A program made the position numbers and the translations under genes. Source: Phoronis australis (taxonomy: Eukaryota > Animalia > Phoronida). Taken from it: a stretch of DNA of 64,000 bases. The notes under the pieces are model-generated. The model did no database searches. It was not told where the DNA came from and saw nothing but the letters and a program-made list of their open reading frames with translations. Within the stretch, counting starts at the first letter, position 1, and every line of letters begins with the position of its first letter. Positions 1-22,500 of this stretch are shown piece by piece. Where the stretch lies: assembly GCA_002633005.1 (NCBI GenBank), contig NMRA01000214.1, positions 270,414-334,413 on the forward strand, in the 5' to 3' direction.

Positions 1-270
1 CGAACAGCGAACAGTTAAATGTTTGTTTGTCCAAAGTTCACCCGCTAAGTCATAAAATGGTAATTGCCGACCAAGGACACGCTTAATCCGAATTGGTCGT
101 CTACGCTAGGCGACCAATTAGCCGACCCAAGTGCCAACCACAGAGGCGACTAAGCAGACGGCTCCTAGCCGACCGTTGTTGGTCGGCTGCTGGTCGGCTA
201 GACGACCGATCGACGGCCGGTGGTCGACCAATTTCCGACCGGTCGGCCAAAAATTCGTGATGTGTGCTGT
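1..270. mobile_element. Probable end of a non-autonomous DNA element with many short GCCGACC/GGTCGGC inverted motifs
   Basis: GC-rich island of repeated (G)CCGACC and GGTCGG(C) motifs in both orientations inside an AT-rich COPA intron; the other terminus is not in the window. Confidence 0.35.
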
Positions 271-838
271 ATGTGATCTGTAGAGTCTGGTCAGGCTTAA
301 GTGTAGATGTATGTACCTGGCACATCAGTTCCTCAAAATAATATTACGTTGTAGTTTGCATATGGGTGCATCTGATTGTGACAAGCAAATTTATAGCACT
401 GGGTAATTGTTTGTGTTATCTTAAATCCCAACCAAAGCAAGGTACTTCTCGGTAAGTTATTGGCTGAAGTTACCCGTTTAAGCCCGTGTTCAGTTCATTT
501 CAGAGACGTTAAGATGGGCAGATATTTGGAGAGTTTGGTTTTATGACTGATTTGTTATCAGGCAAATTTTTTCTTACAATCATTTACCAAAACAACTGCA
601 GTGTGCAACAGCTAACAAGTGTTTACAAACAACAAATGCCATGTTCGCCACAAGAGAAGTTTCTTTTCTCAAACTCCATGGCCAGCTCCCAGCTAAAGAA
701 AGCTGTGGCCTTTCGGAATTTATCAAAATTATATGTGAACTAAGTACTTCTCTTGCCCCTCACTTCTAGAACACACAAAAATTCTTGATGGGAAACATCG
801 AGTCATTTTTCTTTCTACAACGAAATTCTCAAACTTAC

Positions 839-9949
<9,111 letters not shown>

Positions 9950-10500
9950 TGTATCGGTCAAATCTGGGGGAAAGGCACAGATTCGACCACAATTTTGCTC
10001 AAGGAACCGAGTGTTCCTGCGTGTAACTTCTCTAAAATGGCAGAATACGTGGCACTCGGCAAATACCGGTAACTTACGGAGTTTACGATGAAACACCGGC
10101 AAAAGATTTTTTAAAATTAAAATTAAAATTTCGATTTCTTGGATCTATCTACGATTTTACCTGTTTACTTTTATGAAATTGCGGATTGCCTCAACTTTCA
10201 AATTGTTTGTACGCATAAATATGGAGAAACAGTGAAACAGCAAATATTTAAGGATTGTGTAAAAACTAGCTCATAGTTGTGTTATTTCAAGGGCACATTA
10301 TGATGATTGCCAGAATGGCCGCCACACCGCTGACGTTGTATTTTTTAAACTACGAAGCAAATGGAATTTAAACACCAGCACTACATTCTGTGGTGTTAAG
10401 GAAAAGGAGCTCTAGGTAGCACATAAGTTATCACGAGTATTCAATTCTTTTTGCAACACACGATTAAGTTCAGTAATGATCCAGGTGCCTTGTTATAGTC
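9950..10500. promoter_or_regulatory. Probable shared/bidirectional promoter region for COPA and the zinc-finger gene
   Basis: Divergent gene arrangement; the ZNF first coding exon has a splice acceptor before its ATG, implying an upstream non-coding exon. No specific core motif was identified. Confidence 0.35.
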
Positions 10501-12013
10501 TTACCGGATACACCCTAAAAAGTGCCCATTTATTCACTTTCCGGGGCCTAAGCTCCACTGGCCTTACCGTTAGTCTTGTAATAGGCCTACCCATTGGGCT
10601 TTTAATAGAGGAATAATTCTGCATTTTAGAGGTCTAAATTATCTGGACTTCAAACCTTCGTCCAAACTGTCTCTAACATCCAAATTTTAATTTATTGAAA
10701 AAAATTGTATGTATTTCCGAGTCTTTGAAGTGTTCTACTCAAAAACATTGGTTGGTTTGAAATGTAATTACAGGAATACGTGGAACTCTATGTAATAACC
10801 ACAACTATTTCGTGTCACTTGAATACTGTGGCCACATACTTATGTTCTTGAGAAATATGTTGTGTGCTCTGTAGCGTAGCTCTATATATATATTAGACTG
10901 GTAACAATATCAGTGAAACTGAAAATGGTATCTTGATCATCCCGTCACCCTTATCTTTAAACTCTTGAAATAATGACATTCCCAAATGATCATATTACGA
11001 TAATTGAGATTCGTAAAGTAGCCTAGCAACAGTTGTTTGACTTCGTAGACCCCTAAGTTGCAGGATTACAATAGCTTTTCAGCCATGTGTAAACTTTTGG
11101 AACAAATAGCAACTAATAGTAGCAATCTTGTTTTTGTCCACTAAAAAATAGATGACATGTTGACAGTGGCAATTCGTTAAACTGCATGTTTCTGAAGCTG
11201 TATCCCATGTCCTGCTACAACATCAAAATATACCACTTTCTGATTCAATATTACTTCAATTTCTCCAATTGTATCTAAAAGCTGGATGCAATTAAGACAA
11301 AGTTTCAAAAAATGGGACCTCCCGGCCATAAGTAGGACAGTTTGCAAGTGTGAGGGTGAAAATGAAAAAAGTGATCCATGTTTTATATATAGTTGCCAAC
11401 TTTCCTTGCTTTTTGACTCTGCATCCAGTCATGACATCAGAATGTCTCAATTCCTGATATATCCGACAATTACTGGTACCCACGGTACAATGTTAAAATG
11501 CGTGATTGCCCTATTGTGCCATCTTTGGTTTCACATGCAAGACTACAAAATTAGTTAATGAGCTGCAGCGAACCAACACTCGGACATATGGATGGTAGTA
11601 TAGTGCAGCCAATTGTTTAGCAAAGCAGATCTAGGCATATTTAGGGGAGTCTTACCCCACCCAGACATGACCTAAAAAGCTGTTGCCTTTTCATAAGACT
11701 TTTGCAAATGTTTTTTTTTTCAAAATTTTGTTGTTGGGGACCCCCCTTCGGCGATCCTAAATCCGCTAGTGATACTCTAGACTTCCGGGTGTCACCCATT
11801 CAACAACATGTGCATGACCTGTATTAATGGCAGCCATTACAAGTTTTGTGTGAAATGCGATGACATTCCTTGCGTTTACATTTGATCAACCTGCAAAGCA
11901 AGCATACATGTTCTCAGTGACTTTCTTATTTTAGCACAATCTACATTTGTAGTTAATAACTTCAAAACTTTCCCAGTTTTTAATGTACAATGTATTTCTA
12001 TTTGCAGACTAGG

Positions 12014-12118
12014 ATGTCGAGCAAGTTGCAGGAGCTGCGGGTTAAAGCTGTTGAAATCGTGGATATTGTCAAATCATTATCTACTGAATATGAGTCTGAG
12101 TGTATGGATATTCTCCAG
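12014..12118 (+). CDS. ZNF coding exon 1
   Basis: tttgcag acceptor at 12007, ATG 12014, MSSKLQELRVKAVEIVDIVKSLSTEYESECMDILQ, phase-0 donor. Confidence 0.7.
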
Positions 12119-15100
12119 GTAGCTCTAACAACTCTTTACAACATTCAGTTTTATTCATGGAGAAGGTGACTTGGGGTCCCGTTTCATGAAAAGCCGTTTT
12201 AAGGCTTAAGTTGGAAATTTGGTTTTGTGCTCCACACAACTATTTTTGATCAAATGCAAAATTCCAAAACTGCTCATTACTGAGATAATTTATATAAATT
12301 TTTTCTAGATTGTGACGTGCTTATAATTACTTGGCTAAGTTTTTTCAGCAATTGTGACATTAGAACACCCGCAAACTTTATTTGACGATATGTTAATTGT
12401 CTGGTCTCGAGTTATTGCTCCTTGTTTTCTCGTGGTTTATTGTACAAGAAAGAATAGGTAGGCGTTGAATTTGTTGTGGTTAGTACAACTCAGTATTTGA
12501 GCACGCTGTGGCTCTTTTCACTTTGTCGCGGTACATCAGAGAAGCGCGGATTTGGCACAAGTTTGTACAAGAAACACGCATATTGGTGAACATGGCACAC
12601 TGGCGCTGGGTACATTCATACATGATACCGGTACTCGTCTACTTAAGCTAAGAAACGTTTCAATTAAAGTCATGTTTCTTCTATTTTCTTGTTTCGGGGA
12701 GATTGAATTCACGGTTGTGATATGTAGCTGTCACAAAGGGATTCAGGAGTTTCAAATCACTGAAATCGCAAGATATATTATGCACCAGTTGACCTCATGA
12801 ACAATTTGAATCAACGAGACAATGGTCGGCACACTCACTACCGTAGTGTCCCAATAGTATGCAGGAAATATTTTCACTGTTCTACAGTAAAACACCGTGC
12901 ACTGCTTAGGGCATGTTCACAAACAATATATCAATATTTAACAGTAGCGTTGTAAAAGGTTTAATAATGCTGTTACCACAAGGTAAATGGTGGTTTGAAG
13001 CATCTTGAGTCAATTTTATGAAACAGACCCCTAGATTCATTTTAAGCAGACTAATTTACTGCTATAAAATTGGTCCCCGTTACCCAGTTTGTCATGGTGG
13101 ACTGTCACGAGTAGTCAGCTCTCTTGCTCGAGACAGTTGAAATTCCATAGTAAACAGCAAGCTTCTGTTTGGTGGATTATACTTGATTTCACACCAATAC
13201 ACAGTGAGCTGATAACATTGATGTAAAAGTTGCCTAGCGAATCAAGACGTTTGATTTACCATAACTCTTTCGCTCTTTTATTGGACTAGCCTACTCAGAT
13301 CGGTGATAATTATGTGTCCTGTTAAGATGGTAAAATCTTATCAATTTCGAACAAAAATAACTATTTTCTCATTTTTCAAGGGCTTCTTACATTGTGAATT
13401 CTGACAAATCTTCAAAACATTGTCTGCTGGTAGCTATGGCATTAATTTGGTGTACCGAGTAATTCACTTTCATGGAAATAAAACGGAGAATAAAATTTCA
13501 CATGTTAGCCACATTGTGTCCCAAATTGGTTCGATATCACTATAGTCCTTGAAGTTTCCGAGATTGTGCCACTGCCATGTTGTATTATGCTGGTTTGTAC
13601 CCTTCCTAGATTAGAAATGGTTTTTGAGTTTGGGCAAAAAACTGGCGTGTAGTAGTTGTTGAAGAATGAACAGAGTGAGCTAGAAATGATGTGCTCATCG
13701 TTCTGTTTTAGTGAACCTAAGGCAACATGATTGGAAATGGAACTGTTCTGTGGTTGGATACTAGGTGGAGCTGCTAGTTGGTACATCTCGCCTTTAAACT
13801 GTTATTTTTTTGCATTTCAGTCTTTGATGAATTCTGCCTTTGCTCACATGTCTGACGGAAAAATACTTTACGTAACCATCGTCCCTTGTGCTAAGCCTGA
13901 GCCCTGCACCCTGGATAATGAGGAGCCTGTATCCCTGGATAATGAGGAGCCTGTATCCCTGGATAATGAGGAGCCTGTATCCCTGGACGAGTCAGAATCG
14001 TTAACTAATGATGAGGCTGATGGTAAACTTTATGAGTTGTGATCAGAAATGTTTTTTCACTTGTCCTAATTAAGGAAACTCTGTTTTGGTATAATATGCG
14101 TTCTCAATTATTAAAGCCTAGTGTCAACTCTGTTTAGTGCAATGAAAAACAAAATTTGAATCGGGCCTTTTACTCACATCAAATCGGCCTTGTAATAATT
14201 CCTTACCATGGTAGGATTCTATTTCCATTACCGGCTTAAGTCAAAGTAACGCGCACGTGTGTCACTTCAGGATTTGCAGTTTCAGTGTTGGCTGACCCCA
14301 ATAAGCTCTGAAGTATTTCCTTCGGTCTCTTAATAATATGGTTTTGATCTTCTTGTTGGTAACAAAAGAAATTCTATCATGGATTACCATGATATGCTGG
14401 ATGTGAAAATCCCAGGTTGCCACAAAGTTGCCACACCACATCCAAACACGCACTCAAAATACTGCAGAAAGTGAGCGGGTGGAATTCGAAATTGTTCAAT
14501 AAAAACCGAAAGGGCGACATTGGTCGTCACCGAGCATACACAACACTCCTAATTTTCCGTTTGAACAAAAAAAAACACTGTCAGGGCAATCTCAGGTAGC
14601 CAATGGACAATTAACGAGCTCGCATCTTTTCAGTCAGGTAACTTATTTTTTTCGTTTTGCTCTCTTGCCAATGAGGTTTGCTAACCTCAGTTCCCAATGG
14701 TGACTTGGGAGTTTTGCCAGGTAGCACTTGATGAGTTGACATTATGCTAAGCATTGAGCTCTCACATGAGACCAATTTATGAGAGTAAAAAGCATAATTC
14801 GGTTTTCATTTTTTAGTCAGTTAATCACGACAAAATACAGCTTCGAACAAGGGCAATATTTGGCAAGTCATTCAATTATTGAGTAATGCCATATTTGTTT
14901 GGGGTAATGTCCAGGTTGAATGTGTGAAATGAGAAAATTCCTAAATCTATGATAGACATACAAAAGGAAATTTTAAAAATGCAAGCTTTTATTTGGTTAG
15001 TTGACGTTTGATCTACTTTCGCCATTTTGCGTGATGTCATTGACGAATTTGCTTGATCAGTCAGTGGTTAGAAGAGTGTTGTCTGTCAAATGAATCATTC

Positions 15101-18100
15101 CAAGAGCCCTGTCTGGTGTCACCATTCAATCATTAGGGACCATTCCTGATCCAGAAACAGATTTGCTTGGTTAAGTCCCTAAATTGAAAACTGGTGCCAT
15201 CTTCTGCTCCATAGTTGCTTTCCCTTCACATGCTGAAAGTTATTTCCCCTGCTTTCGCACAGCTTTTGATGATGGCACAGATCCAGACTACAAGCCATGT
15301 GATTCTGTGATCCAAGGTGTGAAACGCCAACTCAGCAGATCGTCGACTGGTCGGGCAACAAAGAAGTTGAGGACGTCATCATTGGAGTGCAGTGAGGGCG
15401 ACGCATCAGAGGTGATCAGCTTAGGGCTGGATCAGCCATCCGCTCAGTCTAAGTGTGACTCAGAGACAGAGTATGATCAACTAGGTGAGCTTTTTGTGGC
15501 AAAGATTTGGTAAGAGCTCACTAGTTTAGGGCACAGTATGGCATACAAGGGAAATTCTGTTTTCTGAAGTCAAATTCAGTTAGGGCTGTTCCAGTAAAAT
15601 CTGTTGTGGAGGGGGGAAGGCACCTTTTTTTCGCACCCACCACCCATAATTTTCATTTATTTCTTCGGCCTACCACCCGTAATTTTTTATAAGTTTGAAA
15701 TGCAACCAGCCGTAATTTTTTTTTGTTTTTGTGGTTGACTGCACAGGCGCTTGAGTTTATCTGTTCCTCCATCACCACTAACGTCATTCATTACTAAGAA
15801 AACATGTTTCTTATATATGGTTATTAGCCATCGAGAAATTCGAGCATCTATGGTTAAATGGTGTTATGGGCATGCCGATGAGGAGATCGGAGGGAGTGAA
15901 AAAGTCAGAGCTCTTTGCAAGTTGCATTTTTGTTTCAGTTTTTGATTCTGTACAGATTGTTTATAAAATTTACTAAAATTACCCACCATCAAACATTTAT
16001 GGCCCAATGAAACAACAACGACCTGTAAATTTTAATTTTTTTGAAGTACGACCACCAGCCATTTTGAATTTAAGTCAAACGCAACCACCCATAAATTTTT
16101 ATTTCAGTTGCCTTCCCCCCCCTCCCACACAGATTTTGCTGGAACAGCCCTTATCTTATTGCCATTATTCCTGTTCATTACCGATGCCTATCAGTCATCG
16201 TTTTTACTGGTTTGTAAGACAACCGAGTGTGGCTTTAGACACTAAATGTGAGGAAAATTCACCTGACCTCTGGGATTAACAGAAAGCTGTAAGTGACTTC
16301 CCTACATGTGTTCAAACAGGAGTAACGACATACGTGCAAAGTCGCTGTGTTGGAAAATCATGTTTGAGTTATGTTTGAAAACCTCTGAGCTAAGTCTAAA
16401 AATAGAATTTGGAAATTTTCTGCTCTACATTTTATGGCATTTGGAAATTTTTAAAATTTTTAGCACATAATGACTTTTGGTTTTATTGTCCTGAAATTCC
16501 TACAATTGAACATCTGGTTTTGTTGCTTCTGTGCATATTTTCTAAGGAAGATTACGATGCAGAAATACACCAGTCATGCAAATTGAACTGTGTTTGAATA
16601 TTTTGCCCCAAGAGAACCCTGGCTACTGGAGGTACCTCGTTTTATGTGTACCGTGACTTGACTGGCTGTTTTTCTTTGCAGGCGAAGTTTCGTTTGAAAT
16701 TCCCGACAATGATTCAGACGACAGTTTTGATGAATCCACGGAAGACAAAGAGATGCTGTGTGGTGAGGGAGAACAGACCAACTCTACGGAACCTTCAGTC
16801 AAAAGGTGCACCTGTGGCTTAGTTTGAAGCCAGGGATAAATGCAAATGTTCATAGATTTCACACAAATATCTCCATAATCTCTCACTCGAGTAATTCTAG
16901 TTGCCAAAATGCATGCAATTAGAAAGTTTGAACCCTGCTTTCATGGTAATAATTTGTAATGACATTTTACCTCTATGCCATTGTTATTTATTTATTAAGT
17001 GTGGTCTAAATATCCACTAGTCGAACAATGAAATATCAGCACATACACAGAGCATGGTGTTCTTAGCAGTGTCCATTGTAAAGCTTCCACAACTCTCTAG
17101 TACACTAATCTTGTCTTGTTTTGTAGCTTCGATTGTGACCTGTGCGTTGATGGCGATCGATTCAGTGCAGACACCGAAGCAAATCTAATGACACATGTCC
17201 AGGAGACTCACATCCATGCCAGCACCGTCGCCAATGAGGACCAGCAGATGGTGATCACGTGCCACGTGTGCAACAAGACGTTCGTCCACCGCAAAAGCGT
17301 CAAGACGACTTGGGTGTCGCTACTGTGGCATCGACAGGCCAAGCACGGACTCCGCCTGCCATGGTATGTCACTATTTTGTCGTGTCCACACTGCCGACGG
17401 TTCAAGTGCTGCACTGAGAATGCCATGGCACAGCACGTCAAGGTTGTGCACAAAGCCAAGACGAAGAAAGGCAAGGTGCTGTGTGTGTTCTGCAACATGC
17501 TGCTTAAACCGAGTGTGCTGAAGAGTCACGTGAAAATGTGCTCAGCACAGCGACGCGTCACCGATGGCGCCACCGATGGATACCGCGGCACAGGATTCTG
17601 GTGTGGACTATGCAATGCCAGCAAAGGCGCTGAACCATTTAAAGGGGAGACTTTAAGCGCGCTAGTTGAGCATGTCAAGGAGAAGCACGTCCATTGGAAG
17701 ACTGGTCGCAAGAAGCCTCGGAAGGCGTGCCTGAAGTGTGAACACTGTCCAAAGAGTCTGGTCTGTCGGACAACCGTGAAGGAGCTATACTACCACCTGA
17801 TGTGGCATCGCAGTGAGAAACATGACTGTCAACTGCCTGGGTACATCAAGGTATTCACGTGTTCACAGTGCGGCACATACTCGTGCGTGACCCAAAAGGA
17901 TCTGCGGGATCATGTGCGTCAGGTGCACTCGAACACGAGTCGGGTCAACTGCACCAAGTGCGGCGTCTCCGTTAAACCGTGCTCGCTGAAGGTACACATG
18001 AAAGCGTGTCATGCTAATGATAAGACAAAAGTCAATGATGGGACCGGTACAGCTTATACTTGTGAGTTCTGCAGTCGCATCAATAAAGTCTTCTCAACGT

Positions 18101-19110
18101 CGTCTTACGAGGGTCTCATCGGTCACGTGAAAAGGGAACACATGACTTTTAAGTTGAACCGAGCCAACTGCAGAGCCGCCTACTTAACCTGTGACCTCTG
18201 TGAAAAAACGCTAGCCTGCCGGTCTACGCTCAAGAATTTGTACGAGAGTATCCTGTGGCATCGGTGCGACAAGCACGGTTGCAAACTGCCGGCGTATGTG
18301 CGTATTCTAAACTGCGATCAGTGTAACAACTACTCCTGTATTTCACTGAAAGACTTGCGTACGCATGTGCGGCAAGTCCATCGGATGGAGCGTGTGCCGT
18401 GCGAGCTGTGTGGTGCCATGGTCAAGCCAACCTCACTCAAGACGCACATGGCATGTCTGCATCCCACGGAGCGACGCGCAGTCGAGTGCACGTTTTGCGG
18501 AAAGACATACACGAGCGAGATTTATCTGCGTAAGCATGTTGACCGCATCCATAAAGGTTCCAAGAGTTACCTGTGTGACGTCTGCTGTAAGCAGTTCTTT
18601 GAACGAGATGAGATGTACAAACATATGTACAATAAACACAAGCTGAACCCGCTGAACAAGAAAACGTTCAAGTGCCATGAATGTGACTATGAGGCGCTCA
18701 CGATGAAGGATGTCCACTCTCACATGGCCGTACACTCAAACGCTCGCAATTTCTGCTGCGAGTTGTGCGGGAAAGAGTTCAAGCGTCGCAGCTCGCTTGG
18801 CACGCACCGCCAGATCATGCATAGCGATGGCGTGGAGAGGTACTCATGCCAGGAGTGTGGGTTCACGACACACGTGAAGCAGTACCTGGTCCGGCACAGG
18901 GTGATTCACTCGGACACTAAGCAGCACGTCTGCCAGCTGTGTGGCTACGCGACACACTTCCAGGAGAACTTGCGGAAACACGAGAAGAACAAACACGGGC
19001 AGTCGTTTGGCAAACGTCAGCGCTCTAAGTCCGCCTCCAACCCCTACACCCAGCTAGTGCCTCAAGCGTTACCACAGCAACAGCAACAGCAACAACCACC
19101 ACAGCAACAA

Positions 19111-19142
<32 letters not shown>

Positions 19143-19572
19143 ACAACAGCAGCAGCAGCAACAACAGCAGCAGCAGCAACAACAGCAGCAGCAGCAACAA
19201 CAGCAGCAGCAGCAACAACAGCAGCAGCCATCGTCTAACTCGTCGGCTGTTCAGCACCCTCCCCCATACATTATGAATGCGTTGCCACACAGCAGCATCC
19301 AAGCTGAATCCTACTACTACACTCATACGGGCAACACGGAGACAGAAGCGGCAGAGAGTCTTGCCAGTTTGCCCTATTTCCAGTACGCCCTACAATCCAT
19401 GACCCCAGTCTTCCCTGCTGCCATGGCAATGAGTGAGTCATCAGATATGAGTCATTCCCAGGAGGCATCCAGCTCATCCACGTCTCAAGCGGGCAGTCAT
19501 CAGTATGCGGAGTACATTTCCAGTTCCTATGGATTAGCGTTTTCAGAGAATCGAGCCTCAGACAAGCAATGA
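12014..19572 (+). CDS. Multi-C2H2 zinc-finger protein (~1032 aa, ~18 fingers, acidic N-terminus, polyQ C-terminus)
   Basis: Phase-compatible GT-AG exons 12014-12118, 13821-14022, 15263-15484, 16682-16805, 17127-19572 sum to 3099 nt in one open frame; the last exon has repeated CxxC...HxxxH/HxxxxH motifs. Confidence 0.85.
12173..13031. mobile_element. MITE-like non-autonomous DNA transposon (Harbinger-like ends) in ZNF intron
   Basis: Imperfect TIRs GGGGTCCCGTTTCATGAAA ... TTTTATGAAACAGACCCC. Confidence 0.6.
13821..14022 (+). CDS. ZNF coding exon 2, with 24-bp coding repeat (PVSLDNEE, ~3.5 copies)
   Basis: tttcag acceptor, SLMNSAFAHMSDGKILYVTIVPCAKPEP..., G|GTAAAC donor. Confidence 0.75.
15263..15484 (+). 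CDS. ZNF coding exon 3
   Basis: cacag acceptor, FDDGTDPDYKP...KRQLSRSSTGRATKKLR (NLS-like), G|GTGAG. Confidence 0.78.
15583..16150. mobile_element. MITE with TTA target-site duplication (PIF/Harbinger-like)
   Basis: TTA|GGGCTGTTCCAGTAAAATCTGT...ACAGATTTTGCTGGAACAGCCC|TTA. Confidence 0.82.
16682..16805 (+). CDS. ZNF coding exon 4 (acidic)
   Basis: tttgcag acceptor, EVSFEIPDNDSDDSFDESTEDKE..., phase-2 donor matching the next exon. Confidence 0.72.
17127..19572 (+). CDS. ZNF terminal exon containing all zinc fingers and the polyQ tract
   Basis: ttgtag acceptor; 818-codon ORF in the track; stop TGA at 19570-19572. Confidence 0.93.
19075..19227 (+). repeat. Coding CAG/CAA repeat: Q7-PP-Q42
   Basis: Mostly an 18-bp unit CAACAACAGCAGCAGCAG. 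Confidence 0.95.
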
Positions 19573-22500
19573 GAGTGCAATGGGACACTGGTCTCTCCTT
19601 GTCAGAAGGAGGTGGTGTCCAGTTAATTTTTTTGCTATCTTCTGAACTATGCGAAACTATTTTGAGATTTCATCCAGTTGTCATAGAAGTTAAGGTAGGG
19701 TATTAACTGGTAGTAGGCATATGCAGCTAAGCAATGTTCTGTCTTGCTTTTAATGATTTTAGCGCCACCTATTGGCCACAACATCAATAGCCAAGCTAAA
19801 CTCTGTGAGAAGCAGTTAGATGATGATCCAGTATGGCCAGTGTGAGTGATCACTTGCAGTAATAGAAATCGGCCACGGAACTTTTCGGGGTTATGAGAAC
19901 ATGAAAGTGCGAGATTAGGTTTTAATTGCACTACAATGCGTGGGGAATAGAACGGGCAATTTTTTGCAATATTTGATATTGTTGGGTATATTTTTATTTT
20001 TTGTTTAATGATTTTGGATCCTGTTACCCAGTTACAGTGTGTTACCACCTTGAAACAGGTGCTTATCTGTTGATGCTTGTAAATAATAGGATGATAAGTT
20101 ATGCCAAATAAGCATAGTTGGTTCTGGTCTGTACCCCGACTCATTTTGAGACCTGCACTCGCTGATTTAAACAAGATGAGAAAGCACTCGTCGGCATCCA
20201 TTTCATCCAAGGTCTGAGAAGCTGCACAAAGGCACCTGTAAGCAATGATAATAAGCAAGGTTCCAACCGCCATGATGTTCCTATTAAAAATAAAATCCTG
20301 CATCCCTTTTGCTCCTCTCCAGTGGATTTTCTTTTTTGAAATGGTGAGCAACTAAAAATATTCAACTACTGACTGGATTTTCAAAGAAAAAAATGCAGAC
20401 CAGAACCAATTGTGCTTTATAATTGGCCTTTGCTGCTTTTTTCTAAAAGCCAAATTCAAGAGTCATGTAAAATTTCATCCCAGTGATTTTATGCTTCCAA
20501 GTATTTTGGTGTTAGGGGGTCGTCATGTGAGTCAACCAAGATGGTAGGGTCGGCTGTTTTCTACTGTTACAGTACAATCAGCAATCTTGGACAAAAATCT
20601 TACAAAAATGCAGTTAAAGTTTTAATTGAAAAATTTAAGTTTTTGGAGCAAACTTTTAACTTAAAAGTTTTCATAACTTAAATGCTAAATTTGCCCATAG
20701 GTCATTTTTCAATATCTTCTAACCTTGTGATTGCCTGCAATTTTTCCAAAATGTTTTCTGGTTGTAGCTATGGTACAGTACTTAGTAGATGGAAAGCATT
20801 ACTTAAGTGCTGGGCATCTTTTATGGAGCCTGCTTTGTGAAAAGTGACTTAAAACTTAAGTCAGTAGTTTGGACTTGTGCTCCATACAGCTAGTTCTGAA
20901 AAATAAAACTTGCTTGAGCAAAAGGGCAAAGTATCCACGTATAGACACATAACTGCTAGTTACCGAGAGAATTTGTATAAATTTGCTAGAGTGTGTGGTG
21001 CGCTAATTACTACTTGGCTAAACCTTAATTCAGCAAGTGCGAAGTGGGAGCATACTACCAAATTTCTGCCTTAAGTTTTATGTCACAGGTTTTCTGTAAC
21101 ATAGCCCCTGAGAATATGTTGCCTGTGTCTCTCACATGTCCTGCCTTGGTATATGGTCTCCATTCTTATTCAAAGCAGTTGTTATTGTCTCGTTTAAAAA
21201 TCGACGAATGCCGTAAAGTTACACTATCCCCTCATTAGGTGACATTGCTGTTACTGTAGGGTGTCTCACTACGAGGCAATGGGGAGTGTGGTTCAATTTT
21301 GTGCCGCAAAAAAGTCGTGAAATGAGGCTAGTTAGCACTTCTCTTTGAGTATACCGTGGGAGGAGTGGGTCTCATGTGGGTGCTATTTTGACTAAATAAA
21401 CTGCTTGGTACTTATTTAATGTTACTTGGAAGTTGAGATGTGCTTTAAATTTGACTGTGAGTCCTCTGCTCTGTTTTGGTGATTTCACTCAATGAAATTA
21501 GTTAGCCTTGCTATTGCTCAATTAATACTTTTATATTATTCAGCTAAAGCACTTTCTCGCTATGTCTCTTGATGGATGATGTAGGTTGAGTCAGACGAAC
21601 TTTTCCGGGCCCAGTGTCTGCTATTAAAGGTAGATTGAGCGTCGTTTAGGTAATAGGATTATTAACTAGAGACACCCCGTTTCACTCAGTCCTTAGAGTG
21701 TCAAAGCTCGCGATGGTCACAAAACCTCGTGTTGCGAAATAAAACAATACTAAGCTTTCTATGGGATACTGCGTTCACAATGCAGCTCTATTCTTACTTC
21801 ATTCCGGTTTATTTTATCTTTGAAGTTGGCCGCGTTTGATTTGTCGAAACGGTTGGCTTTTAACATAAGTTTAATTAGGATAGTTCAAAGCAAACTTACT
21901 CGAGAATTTTCGAACGTTTTCTAAAACGTCTGTCAATCCACGATTGTTACAGAATGAAATTTTTAAGTTTTCTACTAAAGAAATCTTTATTTTCCCTTTA
22001 AGTCAACTTGGCAAGAATAGGTAATATTTTTGTAGTTACATAGTTTTGCCGGGGGTTTATGCGCAATTTTACTTCACATTCGCAAAATTGCGTGGATAGC
22101 AGATATCAGTAGCAATTGGTATTTTTGTAAGCGGGTTATATTTAAACGACGAGTTTGTGCGAATGTAGTATCTGCTGAATTCCGGAAACAGCCGAGTCCG
22201 CCGCCAGAACACGTAGTAATTTCTCTTAATTCTAAGAACTGGTGTAGGCTCGCTTGAATCGGTAGAATTACAGTGGGCTGGTCGTTTTTATAGCGCAGTC
22301 CGTTTAAAACCCTTTAATTATGGTACGGAAACTAATTTGTGGACATTTTTTCAATATGACGAGCAGTCAGACTTGTTAGTTGATTTAGATTGGGAGAAAT
22401 ACTTAGGTATCTTCTGTTAGACAATTGCTATCAAAATACGGTTTTTAGGAGCCTAGGTTGAATCGGGTTGTCACGTGCGAAGTCTCGTTTTTAAGTATAG

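Noticed and set aside
19025-19326. Poly-Leu and poly-Ala/Val ORFs
   Set aside because: Antisense shadows of the CAG/CAA tract
19647-20351. 234-aa minus-strand ORF
   Set aside because: Non-ATG start, antisense to the probable ZNF 3' UTR, no domain-like composition
20109-20420. ~27-bp imperfect inverted repeat in the ZNF 3' region
   Set aside because: Short, no TSD; cannot distinguish a MITE relic from a functional hairpin
21624-22320. Possible Kolobok-like element starting TTAAAGGTAGATTG
   Set aside because: No convincing matching right terminus
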